From positions 248,001 through 312,000 of the forward strand of contig BCIN01000003.1 of the NCBI GenBank assembly GCA_039545335.1: a stretch of 64,000 nt of DNA, read 5' to 3'. A model generated the notes under the pieces. It worked only from the letters and a program-made list of their open reading frames with translations. It did not search any database and was not told where the DNA came from. Positions 1-13,700 of the stretch are shown piece by piece. The position numbers and the translations under genes were made by a program. The stretch comes from Kondoa subrosea (taxonomy: Eukaryota). Positions within the stretch are counted from its first letter, which is position 1; every line of letters starts with the position of its first letter.

Positions 1-834
1 TTGCTGTATTGTCTGGTCTTTCGTACCAAGAGTAAGCAGCATCTTGTACTTCTCAGTTCCGGAGTTGATTTTTTTTGTTGCAGTACAACCGAAAGCTACA
101 TCAGCTCAAGGCTATCAGCGTACCTGAAGAACGTATGATCCCTATGATCATCGGAGCGTAAGCAGAAGTTTGCCTAGCTGTTTTTCTGGAAATGAACGAT
201 TTCACACAGTTTCATCTTCCCCGTCGGACTTTTCATGTTTGGCTGGACCGATGTCGACTATGTGTCATCAGTCTGGCCATCTATCATAGCTGTAAGTCTT
301 TTTCAGGTTCCCATCTTTCAAGCTGACACTTAGATCTGTAGCTCGCTATCATTGGCTGCGGCATTGTTCTACTCTTCTTGCAAGCCATCAATTACATCAT
401 TGATGCATATCTTCTTCAGTGCGTTATACAGCAGACACTTCGTCTCGCGCAAGCTGACCTTGGCCGAACAGTGCGAACTCAGCATTGGCTGGTAACACCT
501 TCATGCGTTCTTTCGCCGGCGGTGAGTCGCATAGTATCCTTCTGCGGCAAGATCTCATTCTCTCTTGCAGCTGGATTCCCACTTTTCGCTGTACAAAGTG
601 AGCGATTTTGAGCCCTCACGCATTGATTTGGCCCTGATTCGTCCTTTAGTGTTCAACTATCTGGGCGTAGCGCCAGCAAGCTCTTTATTAGGTGGTCTTG
701 CTGTCGTTTTGATTCCGGTGCCCATCCTATTGTAAGCACGCATGTAAGGCCAACAACAGACTCTAGCTGACTTGCTTTACAGCTACCTTTATGGCAAGAA
801 GCTCAGACAGAAGTCCAAATTCGCGTTCGCGTGA
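1..834 (+). CDS. MFS transporter, DHA1 (12-TM drug:H+ antiporter) family, 3' part; 5' end lies outside the window
   Basis: Spliced exons read FIFPVGLFMFGWT...INYIIDAY...ANSALAGNTFMRS...AGFPLFA...LLGGLAVVLIPVPIL..YLYGKKLRQKSKFAFA*, a typical DHA1 C-terminus. TGA at 832-834. Confidence 0.85.
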
Positions 835-953
835 GCTTATCTAGTATTTATCAACCAGTTGTTGCAAGTGTCGGAGGAGTTCAGTTCAAATAGATTATTA
901 GCCCTAATACTTGTCAAGATGTACATAAATAGCATTCGCATCGTTACACGCTA

Positions 954-3900
954 TCACTTCCTGCTACTGTTCTTACTCGTCGACGGTACTACAAACGAAT
1001 TGTCATTTTCGAGCGATTCTAAATCCTCCGCTCCAGCAGCTTTCGTTCTCAGCTTCATCTTCTTCTTCACTTTCGGTTCAGATATGATTATTGACTGGTC
1101 TTCATCTCCTTCTTCTTTTAATGTCATGACTGGAGACTTTCTCGCCTTTGAGGTCACTTTAGCAGTTCTGCTAGTTGCCGCCGAGGAGGCACGAGAAGTT
1201 GAAGCTCTTGTCGAACGACGAGCAGGCTGCGCAGCGGTCTTCTTTACTGGTAATGCTGGCTTGACAAAGATCGCATCATCTTCATCGCCAGAAGAAACAT
1301 ATGTCGTCGCAGAAGCAGCAGGCTTATTGGTCTGCTGAGGTGCTGGCCGATCGCCCAATACGACCTGTGCATGCTTGCCATTCGGCGTCGACTCTACTAA
1401 TGGAAAGTTGCCAGCTGGTGCCAATCGATCTACTTCCACTGCGATGTTACGTGTCGGCGTTGTTACTGGTCCTTCTGCTACCGCTACTGGATTATCTTCA
1501 TCTGGTTCTGTATCCAGATCAGATAAATCGGATTCCTCTTGCAGCATTTCCAGCTCATATTTATGCATTTGGTTGAGTATGTCGATCTTCTTGTTCAGTT
1601 TGTCTTCTGAAGCCTCAATCTGTATAAATTCATGAGTTTAATTAAGACAAGCGATTCAAGGAGCTAACCGCTTGAGCAACTCTTCTGTCTGCTTCTCGCT
1701 CCATCTCTCGCATTTTCGTATCAAACTCATCAAACATTGCTGCTCGAAGATCTTCAGCCATCATGGCCATCTGAATTTTGCTTTGTGAGAGCTAAAAGAA
1801 ATATATTCAGTTGGGAATGATGTACTTGATCAGGCAAGAAATTTACCTGGGCTCGAAGATTTATGTTCTCTTGATGCAGATACTTGACCATCTCATCCTC
1901 TTGTTCTTCCTCCGAGAGATCTTCTTCGTCATCCTCTAATGGCCACATGATCAGAGATAAACCATAAACCTTGAGAATTACAACTTTACCTTCAATAGTC
2001 ACTTCCAGCAAAGTATCGTCCGAAGCAGCAATAGAAACTCTTGTAAGCTGTGGTACTCGTGTGATTGTCGGTGTTAGAGTAGGTACAACGCTTCGAGCGG
2101 TAGTGATATCTTTAGCAACAGCTGAGAAACGCATAACATGATTGTTTTCTTCGAAACCAGTATCGAAAGGGTTGACATTGACAATCATGGCCTGTCAGAG
2201 CGCACTTTCAGTTCAGGCTTTCGTGATATAGCAGACAAGCGAGAAGCACTAACCGCTTTGCCTTCACCTGCAAAGAAAGATTGAAATAATTCTGTTATCT
2301 TGCTATGTCTATACGGAACCAGAGCAGGCTGTATACATCAACACAACAGCAGGTCAGGTCCTCTGAAGTTAAGAAAGTGTGTTTGTGATAAACTGACCTT
2401 TCTGCCTTTCTCTTTCTCCACTTGATTCCTTCTAAGTACTTCCATGCACTGACCAAGAACCATTAAACTCTTGTTTATATTCCCAGCTTCTTTCAACCGA
2501 TCTCCCGTACTACCCGTATTAGCACTTCTTTCACTTCCAGCTAAATCAACAATATTCAATCTTGATACACTAGCAGCAGAAACGTCTCTTGGATCGCAAT
2601 CTTTTAAATTTCTTATGATTTTGATGGTGAAGCAACCGTGAGAGCGAGAAGAAGCTCTATTGAGTAGAGTAGAATAAACTCGACGTGAATTTTGACCTTT
2701 CTTGAGAACGGATTTAGCTTCCTATTCAAGTCATCAAGGATTAGATCAGGTCTGCATGGTGAAAAGGATGTGAGTGTATGAGTGAGACGCGACGAGACTC
2801 ACTTCAGCTGAAAAGACTCTGATCTCTTTGAGACCGTGAATGTATTTATGATTTGCCGCTTTATCTGATTTCAAAGCCAAAGCTTTTCTCTTTAAAGTCG
2901 TGGCAGTACGCATCATATTGCTGGTTGTACTATTTAATCCAACAGAACTAAGGGAAGACATGTTCAATCCCGTAGAAGAGGAGGCGAATGCTAAAGTTGA
3001 AGAAGGTAAAGAATCTTCTAGCAGATCGTAGATTTTCTCATTGTATATTTCAGCGTATGAGACCCAGATAGCATATTCGTAGAGATTGGATAGAGGAATG
3101 TCTAGATTGACGATTCAGTCAAGCAGTAGATGATAAGTCCTGAGACACTTACGGTCTGCGGTACTCAATGATGCAAGCGAATCTCTTGGAGTGTTTGGAT
3201 CGCTACTACTGGAAGAAGAGACTTGTTTTGAGTGTAGTGGGCTAGCTGAAGCTTCGACGCCAGTTAAGCGAGAAGGTTGAAACTTGCAAACAGATTGAGC
3301 AAAGGAGGTCAAGCCAGAAGCTGTACTTACATTACACATGCTATGCATGCCTTCGATTGAATTGAAGACAGCGTCTAGAGTACGAGGCAGGAGACCAGCA
3401 TCTGAATCGGTGGATCCACCTTGAATTGTATCTGTTCGTTACACAGTCTACCTCATCAGGCCAATGCTGATAAAAGGGAAGTCCATCACGAACAAGTCTT
3501 TCCAGAATTCGAAACCCCATAAGCGAAGAGCAATCCACTGGAACCAGTCAAGACATCTTTGATCAAAGGTAAAGTTGTTTGTTTAAAGAAAGTCTTTTGA
3601 TCCGTTTCATCATTGAAAACACGCGTAAATTTGTAAGTAGAAGCAGCAGAAGAATTCGTTGGATCTTCAGGTGAAGTTAAACAAACTTCAGTTTCGCTCA
3701 AAGTCTCAATATAAGGAGTCGCTATAGGTTTGCTTGATTCTGTTGGTTGTGGCCTGAAACGTAAGTAGGACTTGATAGGTTCTTTTGCTGGATCCAAACC
3801 GGTTAAAGTAGGACGATTGTAAGGTGTTGAAGCAGCAGAGGTACTCGAGAAGAGTTTGCTTGTACTCGACTGAGCAGCAGACTTCAGTTTGCCAGCGAAC

Positions 3901-4001
3901 CAGCCTGATATACTTGAAGCTGTAGCTGTTGAAGAAGCTGTAGCATAGGAGGCCTGGCTTGAAGCTGCAGAAGGTCGGTCTTGTTTACTTCGTGAATTCA
4001 T
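954..4001 (-). CDS. Kinesin-6 family motor (Klp9/KIF20/KIF23-like), multi-exon
   Basis: YLRFRP, YKFTRVF, P-loop FAYGVSNSGKT, NRASSRSH, IVDLAGSER, EAGNINKSLMVLGQC, MIVNVNPFDTGFEENNHVMRFSA, then a coiled-coil/low-complexity tail. Confidence 0.9.
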
Positions 4002-4155
4002 TTTCTGGTTAAGGGGTGATTCAGCAAAGCAGGGCTTGGGTATATAGGGCTGTTGGTAGTAGTTTGAGTTCTTTGCGGTCTGCTGCTATTGACACGCGCC
4101 GCTCAACATGGCTGGCACGAGACAAGAACTGGGAAATAATTCTTGATCTTGCACG

Positions 4156-5591
4156 ATGATGAAGCTCACGGATACAATCAAGCTAAGCAGCGGTCAGTAG
4201 CATTCAAGGCTTTGTACTCTCTGCTTGATGTGAGTTGCGATCCAGGACACTCGATTCCTCGCATGTATGCAATTTCCGATGATGCTCAATCTTCTGTTTC
4301 CTGATCTGCATATCTTAGCGGCTTTGGAGTGTATCAGTCTCCACCAGAAGTCACTAGTAAAAGTGTTCAGACTGCTTTGAAGAGCGGTTACACCCATATG
4401 TAAGCGAAAAGCGTACTTGTGAAGCATCTCGTTGACTTGTGTCGGCTCTAGAGATTCTGCTCAGTACTATGCTGCGAGTGCAACCAATTGCTGTGCATAA
4501 TCAGACCTGTCGGCTGACAGATCTTGACAGAACGAAAAGGAAGTCGGTGATGCTATTCGATCAGTTGGTGTAGCTAGAGAATCAGTATTCGTCACTACAA
4601 GTATGCTATTGCTGGATCTCATACTCTTCTCTATGTGCTGACGCATGGTAACAGAGATCATCGCTCCTGAATCATCAGACGATGCAACATAGTCAATCTT
4701 TTCGATTATCAATCGCGACTCTGTGCTGATTGTCATACAGTAAATCGCTCACTGACTCTGTAGAAAAGTTTGGTTTAGGCTATGTCGATCTCTTCCTGAT
4801 CCATGTACGCCCGCCTTTCTACTATATCTTCAGTAAATTTGCTCATTTTGATTTGCAAAGACTCCCTCAAGTGGACCGGAGAAACGCAAATCTCTTTGGA
4901 AAGCACTTGAAAAGCTTCAGAAAGAAGGATTAACGAAAAGTATCGGTGTCTCGAACTAGTCCGTCCGATATTTCGTTTCGACAAATTCTTGTCTCAGCGG
5001 AAATTATTTGACTGGACAGTGGTGTAAAGCATCTTCAGCAGATGAAAGATTACGCTACTATCTCGCCTGTTCTCAATCAAATCGAGGTGAAGCATCTTTT
5101 TCTCTGTCATACTCAGTTGTTAAGCTAATGTTGGGTATTGGACAGATTCATCCTTGGTGTCAGCAGAAAGACATTGTTGCCTACTGTCAAGAGCAAGGTA
5201 TTACAATCGAGGTATGCTCTATCAACTCTCTTCTATACATTTCTATACTCATTCCTATTTGGTAGGCTTACTGCCCAATCGTTCGAAACAAGAAGGCCGA
5301 AGATGCAACTTTGAAAAAATTAGCTTCCAAGCATCAGAAAGATACAGCTCAAATTTTGATTCGCTGGTCTTTACAAAAAGGTTATATTCCTTTACCTAAA
5401 TCAGATACACCTTCACGAATTCAATCAAAGTGAGTTTCTCTTCTCGGTCGGAAGTTCTTGATTGTTGACGTGTGATCCGTAGTGCGGAAGTGTTTGATTT
5501 CGAATTGGATCAAGAGGATATGAAAGCTCTTGATGGACTCGATGAAGGTTTAGATGCTGCTTGTGCACCTCAAGCTGTGAATTGCGAATAG
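4156..5591 (+). CDS. Aldo-keto reductase (AKR5/2,5-DKG reductase-like), many short exons
   Basis: MMKLTDTIKLSSG; GFGVYQ; DSAQYYANEKEVG; RESVFVTT; YVDLFLIH; KSIGVSN; NQIE/IHPW; AQILIRWSLQKGYIPLPKSDTPSRI; VFDFEL. TAG at 5589-5591. Confidence 0.9.
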
Positions 5592-5783
5592 ATGTATGTG
5601 ATGGAAAAAGAATTACTTGAAGAAAGACAGCAATGTAGAAGCTTACAATTGATGTATCCTATTGTAGCCAGACTCATAATCATGCAAATCATCATGCTTG
5701 ATCTTGACGCGAATCAGCCAAGTCTCAGCGCGCAGCAAAGCAAATGGAGCTGTAGCATTGCTTGCTCAAGTGATGTCCAGCAG

Positions 5784-7401
5784 ATGTATACCCAGAGCGG
5801 TCCTATGTCGACGTTTCAGTTCGCAGCAAGAATTGTGTGTTTTGCAACTCGAGATTGCCTTTAATACTGTCTGAATCCAGCTCGGTCCTAGTGCTACTGG
5901 TCATGGAAATATCCGCGTACAGCTCGTCCGTCTCATTACTTTCAGACTCTTGTTTGCTGCATGACTGAAAAACCCCCGCTTTGATTGCACCTTTCAGACC
6001 AACCCTCGGACAATAGGGATAGCTCAATCACGTGGTGAAAGACCTTATCAAGAAGATACTTATGCTGTTCATTCTTTAAACTTACCAACGCGCGAACTCC
6101 GAAAGAACTTGACTGACATTGAAGATAACAAAGAAGCTCTTGGTTGGAGAGGTGGATCTCCTCCTGGATCTAGAGAACCCAAAACCTCTCAAGTCGCTTT
6201 CTTTGGTGTATACGATGGGTTAGATAATTATCATCTCATTCTATGGGTCCTGATGAACTGAGATGTGTGAATATATAGGCATGGAGGGGATAAAGTATCA
6301 AATTATCTGCGTGATACTTTGCATGAAACTATAGAGAACGTCAGTCTTGAAGATATTCCAGATACGATCAACCGGTACAAAGGCTTGGGTGGTTTCTTTC
6401 GACGGTTCAAAGGTGGTTTGTTGAGTAAAATAGCAAGCGGAGATGAGAGTGATTTGGCTCGTTTTGGGTTTGCTACGGATCAGAGAGCAACTTTAGCTTT
6501 TATGCAGGTGCGAGAGCTCACAGTTAGGCTTCATCGTCAAACTCAAACTGATGTCTTCTGCGTACAGGCCGATCTGACTGTCTTCGACAACAGAGACATC
6601 AAGAAGTAGCTTCCCTTTCCATCCTTTTCTTCAGACCGGGCTAACATTCACCAAAGAGATGGAGCAGTAGCAACGACCTGTTTCCTACATTCTCTTGATG
6701 TTCCACCATCGCCCTTCTTCGCTTCCTCTTTACTTTCCTTGACCGTGGCTCATATAGGCGATACACGAGCATTGCTCTGTCGAACAAAAGATGGGGCTTG
6801 TCATCGACTAACAACGAATCATCATCCCGACTCTCATACTGAAGCGGAAAGATTGCGAAGAGTTGGTACAGGTATTGTGACTGATTCATTTGGCGAGGTA
6901 AGCTCCCTACGCTTTCGATCTCTCTTTTACGGGATTCGTTAGCTGAATAGGCTTGCAGTCACGCTTAGGCGGTGGATTAGCCAATAGTCGTGGTGTTGGG
7001 GACAGAGCTTTCAAGAAATTTGGTGTGACAGCGGAGCCGGAAATCAGCAAACGAATTCTCAAAGGTCATTTCTCTTTCTGACCCAGCTCGACTAAAAGTC
7101 GCTGACAGAGACGCTTCTCGCAGGTCCTGAATGGTCTTTTCTCGTCATAGTTTCGGATGGCGTTTCAGCTTTCATGTCAGATCAAGAAATAGTCGACCTT
7201 TGTCGCGGTGCAGCAGATCCAACGAAAGCTGCCAAAGCGATTGTCTCGTTTGCCGAATCAGTCGGAAGTGACGATAACATAACTGCTTTGGTTGTGCCAT
7301 TACCTGGATGGGGCAAAACAGGTGGAACTGACTCAAGTAAAGATAGAAGGAAGTACAGAGTACAACAAAACAGCGGGAATCCGAGACAGCGCAGGCAATG
7401 A
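5784..7401 (+). CDS. PP2C-family Ser/Thr phosphatase (Ptc6-like); start codon uncertain
   Basis: SRGERPYQED, FFGVYDG/HGG, TVAHIGDTRALLC, NHHPD...EAERLRR, LANSRGVGD, FLVIVSDGVS, GSDDNIT. Confidence 0.88.
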
Positions 7402-7517
7402 TATAAGAAGTGTTTGATATCTCGTGCAAAGTGTATTATCTATTTACAGTTCATCTAAATACTGTGCATCCTCTTACACCAAATATGCAACCCAACCCGA
7501 CCCAATATACAACCCTT

Positions 7518-9336
7518 TCAATGCCCCTTACCTTCCGTTTCGTTCTCCTGCTCTATAACATACTCTTCTATATTACCAAAACTGTCTTGTCTTCTCATCT
7601 TCTCGTACAATTCAGGATCAGCGGAAGCATCAAAGGAAACGCTCTGTCTAGTTTTCCGTGATGATCTTAGACCGGCAGATGGAGGACTGAGAGGAGTGAG
7701 AGGAGACGCATGAGCGCCTTCAAAGTTTACGAACTGATCTTGACTGAAAGTGGAAGCTGTTGCTGATTTGAGTGACCTGGTAGTTGAGAAATCCCAAGAT
7801 CCATCTGCACGCATCGACCGAATCGTCCGCAGTTGCTCTGCAGATGATTCAGTGTTGTGTTGAAAAGGCAAAGGAAATAGACGTACGGCGAGTCTGTCGC
7901 TCTTCAAGCGGAGGGAGTCCAACCAAAAGCTGCTTGATCAAGTAGGATTTCGGTTTCGCTTGTTTAATGAAAGCATGCCCGAGTAGTTTCTGCGTAGTGG
8001 GTCTGTCAGAAGGGTTGGATATAGAATTAGCTCATGCTAAAGCTCGCACCGCCATCCTGACCTTTTGGCAGGATCTTTCTTCAGACCTGTAAACAAATAC
8101 AAAACATAAATGAACCAGCGCCTGAGGAACTTCTTCTCCTTCACTCACATGCATCTACCATCTCTTTAAAAGCTTTCGAGTACTTATTCGCTCCACCTTC
8201 CCTGTTTATCGTTGGACTGGCATCCAGGACCGTCTTTTGCAAAGCAGCAGCAGCGCCAAAGAAAGCATGCGGAGCTCTCCCCAAACTGAGCTCAATAGCT
8301 GTTATACCAAATGACCATATATCGGCTTTGAAATCATAAGATTTCTGTTCCACTACTTCAGGAGCCATCCAATTCGGTGTTCCCACAAACGACTTCCGAG
8401 ATGAGATAGAATCATCAGGTCTGCCACTACTGCTCTTGGCAATGGGGTTCGATTTATTTGATATAAGGGAAGAAACGCCAAAATCAGCTAGTAAGACTGT
8501 TCCATCTTCATCTACTAGTAGATTGGCAGCTTTGACATCCCGGTGCAACCAATTGTTATCATGAAAGTCTGTATAAAATCACTTTAGAAGATAGACCCAG
8601 GCAAGATGAGACAGATGCTTACAACGTAATCCTTCTAGAGTCTGTTTGAGGATGGTAGCGATACAGATTTCATTCAATCCGTCAGGAAAAGCATATTGCA
8701 TGACATCCAATATAGATCCTGTCAGATGCAATTCTTCTTGATGAGTAACATATATTGTACTGTATCACCGAAGGCAGACTGACCACTTCTCATCAACCGA
8801 GTAGCTATGTGTAGCTTATTATCCTCTAGCCATTCTCCTCTGACCCTAAGTACATTCTCATGTTTGGAAAGTGACATCAATTGAGCTTCTCTATCAAACA
8901 GCACGGTTTCTTCATCAATTCTTTTCACACAAATTCATACACAGACATACCTTCTCAATCTATCTATCCCATCCAAAGCCATCTTATCAACATTAATAAC
9001 TTTAACAGCACAAAGTATTCCCAAAGGTTTATATTGAGCTTTGTAAACAACAGCAGAAGCTCCATAGCCAATTGGTTGTTGCAATTCGTAATCTGTTGAA
9101 GTACCAGAGAACATGGACCATGCATCTGTTATAGAACCTTTGATGACCACTCCTTTTAGTCGAGCAGCTAGACTTGTAAGTTTAGGTGGTGATAATGATG
9201 GAAGAGTAGACTTCGGTGTAGGTTGAGAGGAGGAGTCCCGAGCAGGTGTATGCGGTGATAAGAAGAGAGCGCGTAATGAAACTGGCAATTTCTGGAGCTC
9301 TTCATTAGAAGCTGCACCAGCTTGGGTATCTGTCAT
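7518..9336 (-). CDS. Ste20-group protein kinase (OSR1/SPAK/Fray-like)
   Basis: IGYGASAVVYKA, CAVKVI, HRDVKAANLL, LADFGVS, SFVGTPNWMAPEVV, YDFKADIWSFGITAIEL. Confidence 0.9.
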
Positions 9337-9683
9337 TGCTGGGATTGGTATAGGTCAAGACAACGAGTCATGAGAGCTTCCTCGTCTCTTCTCTTCTCTT
9401 CCAATGAACTGTTTCAGGTCGAGGAGAGAGCAAGAGTCGAGATTCGACTTGATGGAAGTTGGAAACGAAGGGACATTTTGTAAGAGAGACAGAGTATTAT
9501 TATGGTATTGCAGATATATGCGCGAAGGAATCCTTCTTCCCCATCTATTGAGAAAGAGCCTTTATACTGTATTCGATACGAAGAAACCCAAGAGAGACAG
9601 AAACGATATATCAAGTAGCATCCAAGAGTACTAGTGCGCAAAGCAAAGATGGACCAGCCGTCAGTAGAGAGATTTGACTGCCT

Positions 9684-10368
9684 TCAGTTGGTTCTCTTCC
9701 ATGCTAAATACGAAAGTGATGTCAGACACAAGGGAAAGACCTTGACGATACGAAGAGAGACATACCATGAGCTGATCTCCAGTCAGAGTTGCTATCATCC
9801 TTATCCATGTCATCATCGTCACCGTTGTTGTTGGACTGTATAGAGGTAACAAAGGAATTTCAGCCAAGTGAGAAAATGAAAGGCGAAAGAACGAGGACAA
9901 ACAGCAGCAGATCCATTGTCAGAGGAGGAAGAAGCTGGATCAGAGTTCACTGAGGCTTGCTTAGACTTTGTTCCATTCCCAAACAAACCTCGCTGTCGGT
10001 CACAACGCTGTACCTGAGCTGATTGTGTCTAGCTTGAGCGGGACATAGCTGACTGACTTTAGCTTTGTAGCCCAAGATGGTACCAGCTTCTTCAGTAGCG
10101 TCGCTAAGAGTGTTGCGCTGTTGAAAAGGGATTTATAAGCTTAGACCCCTATATGTTTGCTATGGGAATGTATTCGAACCTTTTCTTTAGCTAGAGCTTT
10201 AGCAGACCAGTAATCACGAGCTTCGTTGTCCTATCAAGACCGGCGGATTAGGACACGTGCCTGAAGTAAGTGAGTTAAGGGCAAGCGTACGAGACGAGCA
10301 GGTGAAGCTGCTGCCATTGAGATGAATGCCAATAGGGCGAGAGTGAAGATGAGGATGATTCTGGCCAT
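9684..10368 (-). CDS. Small secreted protein of unknown function (129 aa, 6 exons), absent from the ORF track
   Basis: Exons 10368-10291, 10230-10180, 10117-10058, 10013-9903, 9835-9766 and 9703-9684 all have GT..AG introns and splice in frame. The N-terminus MARIILIFTLALLAFISMAAASP is signal-peptide-like. Confidence 0.7.
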
Positions 10369-10798
10369 TGCGTTTTGCTTTTAGTGTACGATTGAATGAG
10401 ATATGAAGAAAAGAGCGTGGTTGAAAGAAGAAAGCGTGCTTCAACTTTCCTTGGGTCGAGAAGCGCGCCACAGAAGGCGTGAGAAGATGGGAATGGGAAC
10501 AATCTCGGCACACATCTTGGCTTAATACATTCATGCAGGCTGCTGGTAACGAAAAGTAATGATTGCAAAGCAGAACAGACGACAATAGGATGGTTCCGAT
10601 GAATGCATGAAATTCGGCAGAGGGGAAAAGCGAGAAGAACACATTTCCGAAGCGTGCATATCGCGTCGCTTGTCATGACTTGTACAGGGCAGCAGTACAT
10701 CTGATGAAAGAGACCGAATTGCGAGCGTCGGCTTCGAGACAAGAAATCTCGCCTTTGTTGTTTTCAAACCATAATCTTGGAGTCTGTCTATATCCACA

Positions 10799-13700
10799 AT
10801 GGCTGCCTCGCTTGGAGAAGGCGTATTGAGCTTATTGAGCCATCCTTTCAAGTCTCGCCAATCTCTGGGCTCAGCAGCACCCAATTCAGAAAAAGAAAAC
10901 ACAACTCGACAGAAGCATAAGCGGGCTCAAAGTCTGGGAGGGGATCTAGGTAGTCAGCTTTTGCTCAATCAGGGCACTAGGAGAGCTTCAGATGAGACGG
11001 ATACGCTGTCCCCTCGCAAGAAGGCTCGCAGAAGTTTGGTCAGTGTTCAAGTATCGCTAGCATTAGATGATGCTTACAAAATTGCACAGGTCCCAGGCCG
11101 CTCCATCTTGAAAGCTTCTCTTGGACCAAGCAATACAAATGGACCTCTTTACGTCGAAGATGCAACGACATTCAACTTAACCTCTACTCAAACCTACACG
11201 CAACAATATACAGCTACCACTAATCTTCTTACAGCTACAACACAAGCTGACTCTAATCCTAGTACATCAGAGCTAGATCGGCGCAAGTCTCTAAGTCGGC
11301 GAGTTAGTTTCGCGCCAACTGCTCATCTCAGAGAATACACCAAAGACAACCCTGATAGATCAACAGACAGTACTTCTTCTCCCTCTACTTCCTCTGAACC
11401 TCCTCAACCTCTAATCAAACGAGCTTCTTTCGCTCCTGTGGTTGCTAATGAGAATCAAGATGATGTATCTATGGATCTAGCAGCGGATGAAATCACTTCT
11501 GCGTTCAAATCCTCTACTACTGCTGCACCTATTTATCCTTCCTTGAAACAAGAACCTTCTTTTGCTGAAGAAGAACAAGATGAATCCGGAATGGATTTAG
11601 TTAATCCTGATGAACCTACTTCTGCTTTCGTCAACAATACTGCTGTAGTACGCTACACTTCACAACAACAACAACAACAAAACCAAGAACAAGAAGAAGA
11701 GGAAGAAGATGTTACTGCTGCTAGTAGAGTAGAATATGAAGTTCCTCTTGGAGCAGAAGGTGTAAATCAAGAAGAGACAATTGAAGAAATGCCAGAGGAA
11801 GACAGTGGGAATACAGTTGAGATGGAAATGAGTATGGAAGTGGATAACACCGTTTCGTATGGTTCGGCAGGCGTTGTGATAAGTGATGGGAAAACCAGCA
11901 GGAGAATATCCAATGGCGGAAGTATTAGAAGAGGTAGTTTGGCTCCTGGTTTGAAAGCTTTGGCATTACTTGATGAACCTGAAGAAGAGGAGGAAGACGA
12001 GAAGGCGGAAGAAGCAGTGCAGGAAGAGCAGTTGTTGCAAGAGGAAGAACCGAGCGATGATGATCGTACGATGGATATGGAAGAGACTGCTATCTACAAC
12101 AAGAGTCAAAGTCAATCTCAACCCAAACAGCCTCGCTTTTCTCTCAATCCTGCTTCTGCCGGCTCACAATCTCTATACCAGCCTTCTCCGGCAAAGAGAC
12201 AATCTCCTCGAAGACAGTCTATCGTACCTCCTACTATAACTTCTAGAATACCTTTACCTTCTAAAACTCCAGATCGACCTCGACCATCTGTTCTGCCACC
12301 CTCTTCTCTGGCTCGTCCATCACAAGAAGTTCTTGAAAGACTCAGGACACCACCTAAAGTACCTCGGCAATCATTACCACCTGCTCCTGCTCAAGCAGAT
12401 GAACAACTCGCTCAGGACGCAGAAGCAGAGGTAACGCATTCATCATTGACTGATGTATCGCGCTGATTGCTGGATCTAGCCGCTTACTTTGTTGACTTTG
12501 GAAGAATTCTTCAATCTTACTGGCATGCAATTCATGGATGACCTGTTTTCAGCCAAAAGAAAATCTACTTCCAAAGAGGATGCAGAGTCGACCAGTGAGT
12601 ATCATTCTCGTCGGTATTGTCTTGCGCTAAGCACAGTACTCGGCAACAGTCAAGGCGAAACCCACTTTCGCTGATCAGATGATTGCTATGGGTTGTTTGG
12701 TGCATATGCTCGAGATGTATCACTCGGTGAGCTCTCTCAATTTGTGCGGTCCTGTATGAGCTCATCCACCCTTGTAGATGGCAAGAGAATTGCGTACAGT
12801 CATGAACGAAGATGTGGCATGGATGGACGATATCGCTGAACGAGTGGAACATGATGTTCAACCTGTCTTCAAGCGATATATCGAAGCAGGCGAAGATGAA
12901 AGAGCAGCAATGGAGGTCAGTCGTTCTAAGACTTCTCGCAAGTCAGGTCTCATTCTACGATTCCGACAGACTCAATTCAAGATCGCCAAAACTCATTTCA
13001 GATTACAATGTCGCAATGAATGGTACGATTATCGATTCGATGCCCTAGAAAGCGTCAAGCAAACCATCGAAATACACCACGAAGGTTTATTGAAGGTTCG
13101 TTCGCCCTTACTTTCCGCTGCCCGATAATCCTGACTTGTATGAACAGGATAAAGAAGTCATCGAGACTACTCTAGAACAGACAACCAAAGTTTTACCTGA
13201 TCTCAGAAGTCAGCAAGAGCAGCTGGAGAAAGCTTTACAGCTCGAACGCGCTCGGCAGACAGAACTGGAGTCATGCGACAAAGAACATGTTGCTGAGCTG
13301 CTAGAGGCTATTGCCGAGCAAAAGTGAGGTTCGGATGTACTAGTCGAGACCTAAACTGATGAGACATTACGCAGCACTCAAATAGAAGATTACGCTCGAG
13401 AACAGGCTGATATCGATGCGCAGCTCGAAAGAATGCAAGCTAAGATCAGGGAGCTAGAATCAGAGGAAAATGAAGCGCTCCAAATCATTAAACAGTCTCA
13501 TCAAATCTGTGAAGCAGTGGGGTACACTACCAAGCAAGAAGTGGTCCGTTTACGAGGTGCGTTGTTAATGATCGTAGATCTCTTTGTTCTTAAATCGTAA
13601 TCTGTCGCGCAGATGAGCTTGAAACTTTCCAGCATCTACATCAATGGCGAATTTTGCAATACAACGCTAGCGAAATCCGGCTCTCTCACTGTGAAGAGAT

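Noticed and set aside
859..1635. Numerous antisense or alternative-frame ORFs overlapping real genes (this one and many others)
   Set aside because: Shadow ORFs of established coding exons.
5773..5834. MSSRCIPRAVLCRRFSS as a mitochondrial presequence for PP2C
   Set aside because: With the visible splice sites it is out of frame with the phosphatase domain; the start remains uncertain.
10133..10138. TATAAA on the minus strand as the kinase promoter with a long uORF-rich leader
   Set aside because: It falls inside intron 2 of the reconstructed small secreted-protein gene.
11662..11710. (CAA)n/(GAA)n runs, also (GTA)n near 38730 and (CAA)n near 63277
   Set aside because: Ordinary poly-Q/E/T coding low-complexity tracts, not arrays or CRISPR.
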